Assembly: GCA_048128005.1 (NCBI GenBank)
Contig: JBEUKZ010000112.1
Location: 186,001 to 250,000, forward strand
Length of the DNA stretch: 64,000 nucleotides
Direction of reading: 5' to 3'
DNA from: Veleropilina oligotropha
Taxonomy: Eukaryota
Part shown: positions 1-10,800 of the stretch, piece by piece
Layout: the number at the start of each line of letters is the position of its first letter
Numbering within the stretch: the stretch's first letter is position 1
Program-made: the position numbers and the translations under genes
The notes under the pieces: generated by a model
Told to the model about the DNA's origin: nothing
Seen by the model: only the letters and a program-made list of their open reading frames with translations
The model's database searches: none

Positions 1-2485
1 TAAATCCTAATATAGGACGTAAAATGACCGATCCGTCAGACTGGAATCTAATATCACGGAGCTCTGCTGAGAAGCTGTGTATCTCAGAAACCCTTTTGCC
101 CGACGCAAACGCAATTAGAAATACGGTTTTGTAAGTAAGGTTACGTATGGAAGCATTACGTAACGGCTCAAACGGGCTTTCTAGCAGAGCATTAAGTATA
201 AGGATAATATTCCATGCTGGCGGCCGCGCCAGAGAAATCGGTCTTTCGAGTTCGTAGGACCTGATTAAATCAGAAATAGTACGGTCTGACGATAAGTCAA
301 TTCGGGAACGACATTGTTTGAGTGTAGTCGAGATAGAGGCCCGATAACCTTTGACGGCCGAAACAGAAAGTCCTCGTTCGAATAACGACGTAATGAACTC
401 GATAAATTTGTTCACAGGGGGACGGAGTATATTAACCTCCCGCCTGTGACACCAATCCACATATTTGACCCATCGGTAGTCATAGACTTTAGATGTAGAT
501 TGTCTTCGCGATCGGTAAATGCGGAGGGCTGTAGCGCGAGAAAATCCTTTCTCAACAAGCGATCGTTCGATAACCGCCATGCGTGTAAACGAAGTTCGTT
601 TGGCGACGGGTGTAACACCCGTGAGCGTGGTTGCATTAGCAGGTCCGGCCTTTGCGGTAACGCAAGCGGTCGATCGACGATTAGATCGAGAAGAGTCGGA
701 AACCAAGACTGCGTGCGATTGAGGGGCGCTATTAGCGTTATCTCGCAGCGGTCTCGCGCTGCCTTCTGTAGTACAAGTCGTAATATGGACGACGGGGGGA
801 AGGCGTACGCGATCAGATTCTCCCATGTCATTGACAACGCGTCGACCGCAAGGGCGGCCGGGTCCGGGTACGGGGAGACATACAGAGGGAGTCGGTGATT
901 GAACTCTGTTGCAAACAGATCGACTTGGGGTTGAGACCACCGGCGGCAAACCTCCCGAGCTACACGGCTGTGTAGTGTCCACTCTGTGTGTATAATCTGC
1001 GATTTCCGAGAGAGCGAGTCCGCTCGGACGTTCAATATTCCCGGGATGTGTCGTGCTCGTATCGTCGAGTTGAGGGACATCACTAAGCGGTGTAGGTTGA
1101 TTGCTCGGTCGCATAGGGGACGCGAGCGAGTGCCGCCCTGGTGTTGAACGTATGCGACGACAGTCGTGTTGTCCGTGGCGAGCAGTATGTGCTTGTTGCG
1201 GAGATGTGACGAGAAGGACCGTACTGTCAGGTAGACCGCTTCTAGTTCTAGATAGTTTATGTGTCGTCCCTGCAGGTCCGTCGGCCAAAGGCCCGATGTC
1301 TCGTGACTGTCGAGGTGACCTCCCCAGCCCTCGTTCGAAGCGTCCGTGTATAGGAAGGCGTTCGGTTCTGGCGGGGAAATGGGAACCGACTGGCTCGGCA
1401 AAGCAGGGTTCAGCCACACTGCTGTCGAGTGATTGAACCAATGCCGAAGATCTATACGATCCGTCCACTGTCCCGTCCGTTGCACCCAGCGGTCCCTGAA
1501 GGCCTGCTGTAACGGTCGTTTGTCCATTCGTCCTGTCGGTAGCAGGGGCGCTACCGACTCGATGTGCCCCAGGACAGTGGCCAGTTGTCGCGCCGTGGCT
1601 ATCCCCGATGACCTTGTGTCCTGGATAACTGCACGTAGGTTCACAATACGTTTGTCGGTCGGCTTCGCGGTGTACCGGACCGTGTCGAAGACGACTCCGA
1701 GGAACGTAAACGTCGTCGAGGGCACGAAGCAGGATTTCTCGTTGTTGATCTGTAATCCTAGGCGCTTCGCCGATGACAGGGTAACGCTCATAGACTGGAG
1801 GCACCGATCCCGGGACGCCCCGAGAATCAACCAGTCGTCGAGATACATGTGTACTCTGTGCCCTAGCGAGTGTAGGAAGGCCCCGAGGGCCTGTACTACC
1901 CGCGTGAAGACGTAGGGGGCTGACGATAGACCGAACGGTAGGCACCTGAAGTGGTAGATCGTCCCCCCGTGTATAAACCTGAGGTACTGATGAGCCGAGG
2001 CATGCATCGGAACGTGTAAGTACGCATCTGTCAGGTCGATAGACGCTGCCCAGTCGCCCGGACGGATGGCCGCTCGTATCTTCGAGAGTGTTTCTTGCTG
2101 GAACTTCTCGGTACGCAAATAGCGGTTGAGGTGCGAGAGATCGAGGATCGGTCTCCAGCGGCCATCGGGTTTCGGGACCAGGAAGAAATGGCTGTAAAAT
2201 CCTGGTGTGCTGGGCGGCGCGGGATAGATGGCTCTTTTTAAGAGTAAGTCCCGCACTGCCTGGTCTAAGACCGCTTGCTTCTCTCCCTGAAGGAGGCGAG
2301 CGTGTCTTGGTGGTGGTGTCACGGATAGGGTTGGATGCCGGTTGAAACTCAACTTGTATCCAGCACTCACGACTGAGTGGACCCAGCTGCTGTCTGTTAA
2401 CTCTAGCCACGTTCGGCTGTAGCCTAACAGGCACGCTCCCACCGGCGGAGGCGCGCAGCTGAGCACGTCGCGAGTGCCGGCAACC
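1..2485 (-). CDS. E1 tyrosine recombinase ORF (partial) with long N-terminal extension overlapping the RT ORF
   Basis: A codon-by-codon scan finds no stop in this frame from 2485 to 1. The part below 580 reads MAVIERSLVEKGFSRATALRIY...PPAWNI...KTVFLIAFASGKRVSEIH, containing the YR catalytic Arg box. It is absent from the ORF track because its stop is outside the window. Confidence 0.88.
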
Positions 2486-2592
2486 CTAGGGCCGTGACGG
2501 CTTCCCTCTCCCGCTCTGACGGGATTTAGTTGGAGGGCCTTTTTTCTCACTGGATTTCCGGGCCGGAGGCCCACCCCGAGAAGGTCTGGCAC
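412..2592 (-). CDS. E1 reverse transcriptase-RNase H-adenine methyltransferase-like ORF
   Basis: RT motifs FLVPKPDGRWRPILDL, SIDLTDAY, LPFGLSSAP and YLDD; RNase H motifs TDAS, HINYLELEAV, TDN and HIPG..N..AD.LSR; DIRS MT motifs VDLFA and AFPP. The called start is GTG; the first ATG lies after RT motif A. Confidence 0.95.
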   Translation of the reverse strand: MPDLLGVGLRPGNPVRKKALQLNPVRAGEGSRHGPRVAGTRDVLSCAPPPVGACLLGYSRTWLELTDSSWVHSVVSAGYKLSFNRHPTLSVTPPPRHARLLQGEKQAVLDQAVRDLLLKRAIYPAPPSTPGFYSHFFLVPKPDGRWRPILDLSHLNRYLRTEKFQQETLSKIRAAIRPGDWAASIDLTDAYLHVPMHASAHQYLRFIHGGTIYHFRCLPFGLSSAPYVFTRVVQALGAFLHSLGHRVHMYLDDWLILGASRDRCLQSMSVTLSSAKRLGLQINNEKSCFVPSTTFTFLGVVFDTVRYTAKPTDKRIVNLRAVIQDTRSSGIATARQLATVLGHIESVAPLLPTGRMDKRPLQQAFRDRWVQRTGQWTDRIDLRHWFNHSTAVWLNPALPSQSVPISPPEPNAFLYTDASNEGWGGHLDSHETSGLWPTDLQGRHINYLELEAVYLTVRSFSSHLRNKHILLATDNTTVVAYVQHQGGTRSRPLCDRAINLHRLVMSLNSTIRARHIPGILNVRADSLSRKSQIIHTEWTLHSRVAREVCRRWSQPQVDLFATEFNHRLPLYVSPYPDPAALAVDALSMTWENLIAYAFPPSSILRLVLQKAARDRCEITLIAPLNRTQSWFPTLLDLIVDRPLALPQRPDLLMQPRSRVLHPSPNELRLHAWRLSNDRLLRKDFLALQPSAFTDREDNLHLKSMTTDGSNMWIGVTGGRLIYSVPL

Positions 2593-4738
2593 GCTTGGAA
2601 GCTTTCGCGCCCCGAGTCGGGGCCGAACGCTTCCTTGAGGGGGCAGGTTGAGTACCCCGAGGGGTAGTCAATACTGCGCGCTCAATCGCACGATCTTTCA
2701 GCTCAACGGCTCTCTTGTCGACGAATTCGGTGAACTCGCCTCCGAAGAGAGTCGGGGCCGACAAGGGCACACATCGCAGAGAACGCCGGGTGGCGTCATC
2801 TAACGATGTACCCTCGAGGCAGGCGTCCCTACGAAGTAGGAGCGCATTGCCCAAGACACGCGCGGACTCCAACGCGTTGTTCTCCGTTGCGGCAGCAACC
2901 TCGTGGAGGAAGGACAGGGCGGTCTCGCGAGCGCCGGGTCAGTCCTCCTGTAGAACGGCTATCGCACCGTCCAGGAACGAGTCCTGAACAGACGACAGCC
3001 GCAGAGCTCGTCGGGCACAGCTCTCGAAGGCATCCATGGCGGCCCATGGTACCTTCGCTACCGAGGGAGCTTGACTGGCAGACAGACGACGCATCGCTAC
3101 GTCAATCTGTGCTGGCTCAGCCACCAGGCACGGCTCAGAAAGCGCGATCGGTAACGGTCGCGAACTAGGCCGGAGGTATCGTCCTCTACGGAGGCCCCGA
3201 GGGAACTCCGTAAGAGAAGACGTCTCCACTGTCTTGCCTCCCTGAATGGCCCGGGTGGTCTGATCCAGAACCAGATCCACCAAGCCAGACTGGGGGAGTA
3301 CGGGAAGCTGGGGAGCCTCCGACTCAGCAAAACGGTGTGCTGCCGTCCTGTGCTTGATCATACCTACCGGACGAGCCGGGTCGGGTAGATCTAGCACCCC
3401 GCGAAGCGACGCGACGGCGTCGTGTCTTCGGCGGGTGGCGGAGATCGGCTCCTGCAAGCCTGATTGACTACGAGAGTCATCGGGACCGACCGATTCAAGA
3501 AGATCGGAGCGATCGGAGGGGACGTCCTCGTCGGAACGAGGGTCGACCTCCATCACCGAGGCAGGAGCCGTGCTCTGGGCCACGAGCAGAGGAGCAGAGA
3601 CCTGGGGCGGCTGAACAGCCGGTAGCCAGGCCCTACTGCGGGCCTCGAATTCCGCCGCAATCATTGCATGGACGCTCTCCAAAGAGAGACCAACAGGCAA
3701 GACGGGCGTCGATCCAACAGCCAGTGGATCGCTCGAGGACATCGTGGCGCATGGTAGACGGGCTGCTGGGCCAGATTGATATGAGAACCAGGGTCTCACA
3801 TCACCTGACGAGCGGGTACTCGCGGAGAACGGGCCAAAAGGCGTGTTAACCGGAGCGCGACTCCCGAAAGACTGCGGCCACAGTCCCGTGGGGGTCGCCG
3901 CTCTGTTCAGGGGGTAGACGGGGGAAGCTCCCGCGTACATACCCATCCCGAACGCAGCCGGTCCGTCCGCGCCAACTAGTCCGAGCCCAAAGGGGTCAGG
4001 GGAGTTGGCGGGCCCTCCGACAAGACTGGGAGCTCCGAGGTGTAAGGACGAACCCTGGGGAGGGTCGGTCGCACCATCGGCCAGTGAGTCGGGTGTCGTT
4101 GGTGGTCCGGATCTTAAACCACCGTGGTGGTGTCCGGCAACTGTTCCAACTTGCTCTGCCGTCCGTAGTATGCCGCTCGGCATACCACTTGTGACAGAAG
4201 GACTAGCCGTCCCCTGCTCTTCCGAGGCCGAAAGAGAGGAAGGGGATAGCCTGCCCTGCTCAGCTGTTCGCTGTAAGGTCCGGTGTACCATGCTAGCCGG
4301 CATGGCACTAGTGGACGCAGCTACTAGGCCCGTAGTACGAGGAGAAACGGACAGCGCTCGGGCTCCTCTTACCTGGTCTTGAACCTGGGACGCCGGCGAG
4401 GTTTCCACGGTTTTCCCCAAAACCGTAGCGGTTTCGTCGGCGGGTCCTGCAACCTGCGATGCCCCAGTTCGCTGGTCGCTTCGCGTCCCTAAAACAGACG
4501 AATCAGAAATTAGCCCTGACTTACCCGTCGTCTGTTTTTCCGGGGGAAGCCCAACAGAGACGGACTCCCTGGTAGCCTTCGTCCCTGGTGGGTAGATGAG
4601 CGCCCACTGCCGATCCGTTAAAAGTAGACATTTAGCACAGGGGTATCTCTTAGCACAACTACGGTGAATGCGACATACCGAATGCTTGTCGAAGCTGTGT
4701 ATCTTTTGGTTACACTCAGGCTCACTGCAACGGACCAT
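2486..4738 (-). CDS. E1 gag-like ORF1 with N-terminal Cys/His cluster; one in-frame TGA at 2939-2941
   Basis: ORFs 2939..4738 and 2486..2872 share a frame. The other copies have GGA where E1 has TGA (GAG GAT GGA CCC vs GAG GAC TGA CCC). Ends GRGKPSRP-TAG. Confidence 0.85.
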
Positions 4739-6225
4739 AGCTGTTACACGGGTAGGAAAGGTAGTGGGAACCGGGAATTTAGGGATATCCGGGTAGTACG
4801 CTTCGTGTTAAACTACTACACCTTATATAGGGGTCTCTAATCCGAGTATAAAGGAAAAGACCGGATATTGACCCTAAATGTTATGAATCACACTTCGGTA
4901 CAACCGAAGAACAGACAAGTAACCCGACTAGAATATAAACCAAGCCCGACGTACAAGCTTTATTAAAACGGCTTGTCGGACACTAACAAATTGAATGAGG
5001 CGGATATATAGTTAGTAGGAGGCTATATATAGAACAGCCGCCTGTAAACACCTGAAAACCTCGTGGATGTTGATTTCAAAAGGTTAGAGCTTTGGCGAAA
5101 TATCCCAGATTCGGCAGATAGGCCAAATAACGCACGTTAATACCTAAATATCTGCCTTGTTAGCGACGCTAAATTCGATTGAACAAGGTTACTAAGAATT
5201 TAAGCAAGATGCGCCGCTAAGGAATTATCTAATATATAAATGAATTACAAGTAATTTCAAGCAATATTAGAACCCAAACACTTCCTGCTATGAAAGGATT
5301 CGCCTATGCGAAGCTTTCCTGCTTGAAGAACGTTCCCTCCTGAGCGGCCCTCTTTAGATCTTTACATCGTAAATTCCAAGATGGCGGGCCGAAAACCTCG
5401 TGGCCAGAATCTCACAACTTTTAAAACTTTGCAAAGTCGGCCTAATACTCCGAACACAGTTTAAAACGTCTTCAGTTCATATATATATATGAATGGCACA
5501 ATATTGTGCGACAGAAACTTAATTAAAAGTAACTTCTGATAGTCTAATTTCTTGACTACTGAAAAGCACGTCCGGACAGACTGACGGAAGACTTAAAAAA
5601 GGATACCAGATCTGTCTTGGTCTCTGAGGTCTCGCGAGACTTGGGCAGATCTCGTGGGAGGAACGCGAGAGAGGTGAGCAGGGGGGGTAAGCGTGTAAGT
5701 TTAAATGAAAGTGAAACGCTTTTTCACAGTTTCCGGTTTAGCGATAATAGGGCTATTATGGCATAGGTAATGACGTAGAGTATATTGCTACTAATAGTGA
5801 CCTATATAATTGTCCAATGAGAGTCCGTAAAATGTCGATTCAGTGGAAAAACGTGGCTATACAGTCTTTGCTTCGCACGACTGCAATAAAGAGAGCCATA
5901 AGATAAAGATGGGTCATAAATTCAACGATGATGTGTGTGCGTTCGCGTTGCTGTATTGTAGCAAAAGCAAATGCATTCTAATACGTTAATGCTAACCTGT
6001 AAATGATTGTCAATGGATACCAAAATGGCTACAGCTTTTCACGTTACAGGTACACGTTCACGGGACTGTTGCTAAACCTCTAATGTATCTCGTTTCTGAT
6101 TCAAAAACAAACTAATTACAGATGATGATTGGCAAATTTGTTTTACGACCACTTTTGGCAATTTTTCAGCCCGGTTTAAGGTCTTGATCCAGTCTGATCA
6201 CCATACATTAGGTGGTAGAATAAGC

Positions 6226-6827
6226 CTGGAATCCGGGCCCTCATGGCTGTCTTGGTTGGGTGACTGACGCGCCAACCAGTCACCGCCGATGTCTGGAATC
6301 CGGGCCCTCATGGCTGTCTTGGTTGGGTGACTGACGCGCCAACCAGTCACCGCCGATGTCTGGAATCCGGGCCCTCATGGCCGTCTCGGTTGGATGACTG
6401 ACGCGCCAACCAGTCACCCGCCGATGTCTGGAATCCGGGCCCTCATGGCTGTCTCGGTTGAGTGACTGACGCGCCAACCAGTCACCCGCCGATGTCTGGA
6501 ATCCGGGCCCTCATGGCTGTTTCGGTTGAGTGACTGATGCGCCAACCAGTCACCGGCCGATGTCTGGAATCCAGGCCCTCATGGCTGTCTCGGTTGAGTG
6601 ACTGATGCGCCAACCAGTCACCGGCCGATGTCTGGAATCCGGGCCCTCATGGCTGTCTCCGTTGAGTGACTGATGCGCCAACCAGTCACCGGCCGATGTC
6701 TGGAATCCGGGCCCTCATGGCTGTCTCCGTTGAGTGACTGACGCGCCAACCAGTCACCGGCCGATGTCTGGAATCATGGCTGTCTCGGTTGAGTGACTGA
6801 CGCGCCAACCAGTCACCCGCCGATGTC
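6226..6827. repeat. GC-rich minisatellite, ~67-68 bp unit x ~9
   Basis: The unit CTGGAATCCGGGCCCTCATGGCTGTCTYGGTTGRGTGACTGAYGCGCCAACCAGTCACCSGCCGATGT repeats head-to-tail with no unique spacers. Confidence 0.95.
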
Positions 6828-7164
6828 GTTGATTACTGATGAACAAACTAGAGACTGTCTGGCAACATTATTGCCATACACCAGAAAAGAGTTCAACAAT
6901 GTAATGAAATTAAATAATTTATTGCAAAAATAGGCTAATAGCATCGCATGAATGGTGTTCTATATGCATGAAGAGAATAGATATTCCTGTTCACAGAATC
7001 CCATGGAGTCCACAATTGACACTACTCGCCGTGAACTATTTAACAAATGAAGATTGTACACTACACAGCTACTGCATGTAATATGGGATATTTTATTTCA
7101 ATGGATGTTTATGTCAGATTATTAAAATTACATTAAACAAAATCCTCGAGCCTAAAACTTGAGG

Positions 7165-7400
7165 AAGATTATCCCCTCCTATGGGGGCCATCTTGAAGAT
7201 TATCCCCTCCTATAGAGGCTATCTTGAACAAGTTGAAGATTATCCCCTTCTATGGGGGCCATCTTGAAGATTATCCCCTCCTATAGAGGCTATCTTGAAC
7301 AAGTTGAAGATTATCCCCTTCTATGGGGGCCATCTTGAAGATTATCCCCTCCTATAGAGGCTATCTTGAACAAGTTGAAGATTATCCCCTTCTATGGGGG
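7165..7400. repeat. Tandem repeat of two alternating GAAGATTATCCCCT subunits, ~3-4 copies
   Basis: Recurring TGAAGATTATCCCCTCCTATAGAGGCTATCTTGAACAAGT and TGAAGATTATCCCCTTCTATGGGGGCCATCT. Confidence 0.9.
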
Positions 7401-7892
7401 ATATCTGGATTGCGTAAAACAACCAAAATGGTTCAGCGTCCTGACCTCATCATAACTCATGTTCATATCAAACTGGATTATAACTGTTTACTTTTGAGCA
7501 CACACCGCAAATCACAGCGGCGAAGACGAGACAGAAGCATAGTGTTCCCAACTGTCGTCCCGAGATTCAAATAATTAATACAGGATCTCAAATGCAAGGT
7601 ATTTAATGTAACATGGATATTGTGCATAAAGGAAACTAATCCTCACAAATTGAATGACGTCAGTTTAGTTACATACAGTATCCCGACTTTTCTTTCACAT
7701 ATCGGAAACATTAATTAAATTACAAGACTTAAGTGTAATGTTTGTAAATCACGATCTTCAGAACATTTTGTGAAAAGAAGATTATTTACAATTCTACACT
7801 TCTTTAATTATCTTATTTATATACATGATATTGCATCGAGTGTTAAATGACATGCTTGCAGCTAGCAGCATTAATCTGTCCACATTCTTTAT

Positions 7893-10800
7893 CTAATATT
7901 TCTTCCTCTTGTAATTATTTCCCCCTTCTGGAACCACCTTCCGTTTCTCGATAATTTTCTGGATTTTCTGCCACTGACGGTCAAGTTCTGCCTTTTCGTC
8001 CTTCGGTCCGGTTCTTCGTGTTTTTCTCCCATCAGCCATCTTGACACCGTATTGAAATGCAGCTCTATGAAGGAATAAAAATATGAATTACATACAAGGT
8101 GACCAAACCAAGTACTCATTTTCTAACCTTAACCTCATAGCCACTGGAGTGCAGTATACTGCGCCTTGGCGTAGTGTACCTCTTTACTGATAAATGTATA
8201 TATTTTGTATTCCTTGCCCATGTTCAAGTTTCCTATTAAAAGGACACATAATATAGACAACTTTAGATGCATATTATGTACGATTATCAACGGTTAATAA
8301 TCGTGTCATATTTTCCAAAATGGCGTACAATCCAAGCTATGATAGAAGATTTGATAACATGAATATTATTTTACAAAATTTTAGATGATATGAGTGATAG
8401 TGAATTGGATATTAATTAAAATTATTATTACTGACGGTCTTTCAGATGCAGAAAGTGATAAAAATGATACCAATAATGATGTATCAAATCATCCCCCTTT
8501 CCCTTTTCTGACAGGGAATCTGAACCACCTTATAATGAAGAAAATGACCATTATAATGAGACCATGTGACATATTGCCTAATTTAGGCATTCCAAATTAC
8601 AGCTCTTACAAATATTATTCATATGTAACATGTTTTATTAGATCTCAATTGTGGTCTTTCATTGTTTTGATATAGGTAACAAAATGCTGATTAAAATCTA
8701 GTAATATAATGTCATTACGACATATTTGCTGAAATTGGAAGAAAATCCTCAACCGTGAAAAAAAGGGCATTTCTACCTCTCTTTTGTAGCAAAATGAATA
8801 TACTATCTGAATATGAAAGATTTACAGCACAACGTGTGAATAAATATAAGAATATGGGGTTGAAAGTGGAAAATATCATAATTCTTGATCTTGATGGTGG
8901 CCATTTTGAATATATAATGTGGTCATGTGACCTTATTTGCATATTTTAAAGTTTTTAAATTGAAGGTCATGCTATTACCTTTCATGTGATATAATGATAA
9001 GATATGAGTATGCCAGTATTTCCCAATGTGTATTAACGTACAAAAATATGTCGAATTTGGTCCTCAGGAAGCCGAGAGCCAGTGACAATCTTGAATGCAA
9101 AAATGACTAAAATTGTTGCCGGTCATGAGCTCATAATAATCAAATCGAGGCAAATCGGATTATATTTGTTGACTGTATGGGACACACAATAAATATCTGC
9201 AAATATTGTGACCACCTACTTGGGCATGGCTTCTTTGTTGGACATGTAGATACTGTACTCTTCCTGGGTGTCGAAGTCCCACCTCCCGACAGGCCCTTTC
9301 TTGTTCCCCTGGTCCATCTTGGTGTAGTCAACCTCATCATCAGAATCGTCGATGGCATCAGCAGACTCCATCATGCTGCAAGACGATAAAACAACACTTA
9401 TGTTATTCAATGTTACTGTTAGAGGGTACCCCTCCCATGCCAGGATACAGAATTAAAAGCAAGGTCAATCATGGCAAATTCATCATACACTAAACAGTGT
9501 GATGATCATATACAAGTACCGGAAATTTATTTTGAGAAAACTGCTACGTGCTTTGGTATTAAAGAGTAGTTCAGGTTTTGAAAGTCGGGACGAATGGAAG
9601 AAGTAACTCCAGTATACAGCAAATGCATACATAATTCTGGTGAAGTCTGCAATTTTCTACAGTAAATTGACTTTTAAGGGTGTTTCTTCAAACAATTATT
9701 ATCAATAGATTGCATGTTATTAACCTTACCCAGGATAACACTCAGCATAACTGTTAATATCTGTCTTTGCCTTCAGCTTCTTCATTCGATCTTCTTCCTG
9801 TTTCACAACTAGCCTGTAAAATCAAAGTGATGAAGCACTGAAGTGACGCAAATGCATCAATTCATTAGAAGAGCCTTGATTAAAACATTGTGAATGTTGT
9901 TTATATCAAATAATTATTTGTAGGTGAACCTGCATATCGTCACATTATAGTATTTATTATCAATCGATGGTCGTGATCAATTAAACACAAAGTAACCGTG
10001 TGGTGGCCGTGTCATAAGCCCTGACATATGCGTCTGAAGACAATTTATTGGCGCAAATTTCGGAATATAAAAACATTACTGACAACTAAGCAGTAATAAT
10101 ATACATGAATGAATGCACATTTGATTTCACTCAAGTTATAATATATATTGAAACGGTACCATGGTCATTGGCATGTCAACAGACAGCACATCTAGAAAAT
10201 CAAAGTGCTGAAGCACTGAAAAATTGGAAAGCGAAAGTATTGATTTCACAACACAAAAATACTTATTTGTCAAGTTGCAGTTGATGCCCGAAGTTGAACG
10301 TAATTACGATTACCAAAGCAGTTGTCGATGCCAGAGCCATGCAGATCATAGGTCAAAATGAAGGTCCTTGTGCACCATTATGCACTGGCTTGAATACAAG
10401 TTATACAACGTGCCTGACTATAGAATGGTTAACGAGGAGAAATTTACCGGGAAAATTAAGTGACATTTCTTTTGACAGACAACAATGACAAGTCAGACAG
10501 AAGTGACAATATTGTAAATTTTGTAGGCCTTATAATATATGAAGTAAAGAACATATTATATCTTTTGACTAATTATTGTTTTAAATGTCATTGTATCTTA
10601 AATATGTATACAATGACAATGTTTAATTAATTAAACATATTGTTTATGCATAAAAATTTACATTAAAATAATCAATACATAGACAGGTCAGCTGTACATT
10701 ACAGCCTCGATATAACATACCCGATATAACGCGGTAGTTGGGGGTCCAATATTTCGGAGCTGCATTGTATCCGACAGCGTTATAGGGATGGCCCGAACGT

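Larger units (their letters stand above)
1..5799 (-). mobile_element. DIRS1-like tyrosine-recombinase retrotransposon E1 (3' end runs off the window; nearly intact)
   Basis: Carries gag, RT/RNaseH/MT and YR ORFs. Its 5' terminal sequence (rc of ~5600-5799: ATACTCTACGTCATTACCTATGCCATAATAGCCCTATTATCGCTAAACCGGAAAC) is homologous to the 5' ITRs of E2-E4. The exact 5' base is uncertain. Confidence 0.93.

Noticed and set aside
446..4382. Plus-strand ORFs opposite E1, and antisense ORFs of E2-E4
   Set aside because: These are shadows of GC-rich coding sequence, interrupted by stops and without motifs.
5095..5290. Resemblance of E1 leader words (AUCUUGCUU, UAUUUAGGU) to dicistrovirus IGR IRES motifs
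   Set aside because: The matches are short and AU-rich, not shared by all copies, and I could not build the IGR pseudoknots.
6226..6827. CRISPR-like array
   Set aside because: The units are contiguous with no unique spacers, there are no cas genes, and the context is eukaryotic.
8110..9135. piggyBac-like remnant (TTAA-CC start, acidic SDSE-like peptide)
   Set aside because: There is no convincing matching right TIR or TTAA; it is too decayed to call.
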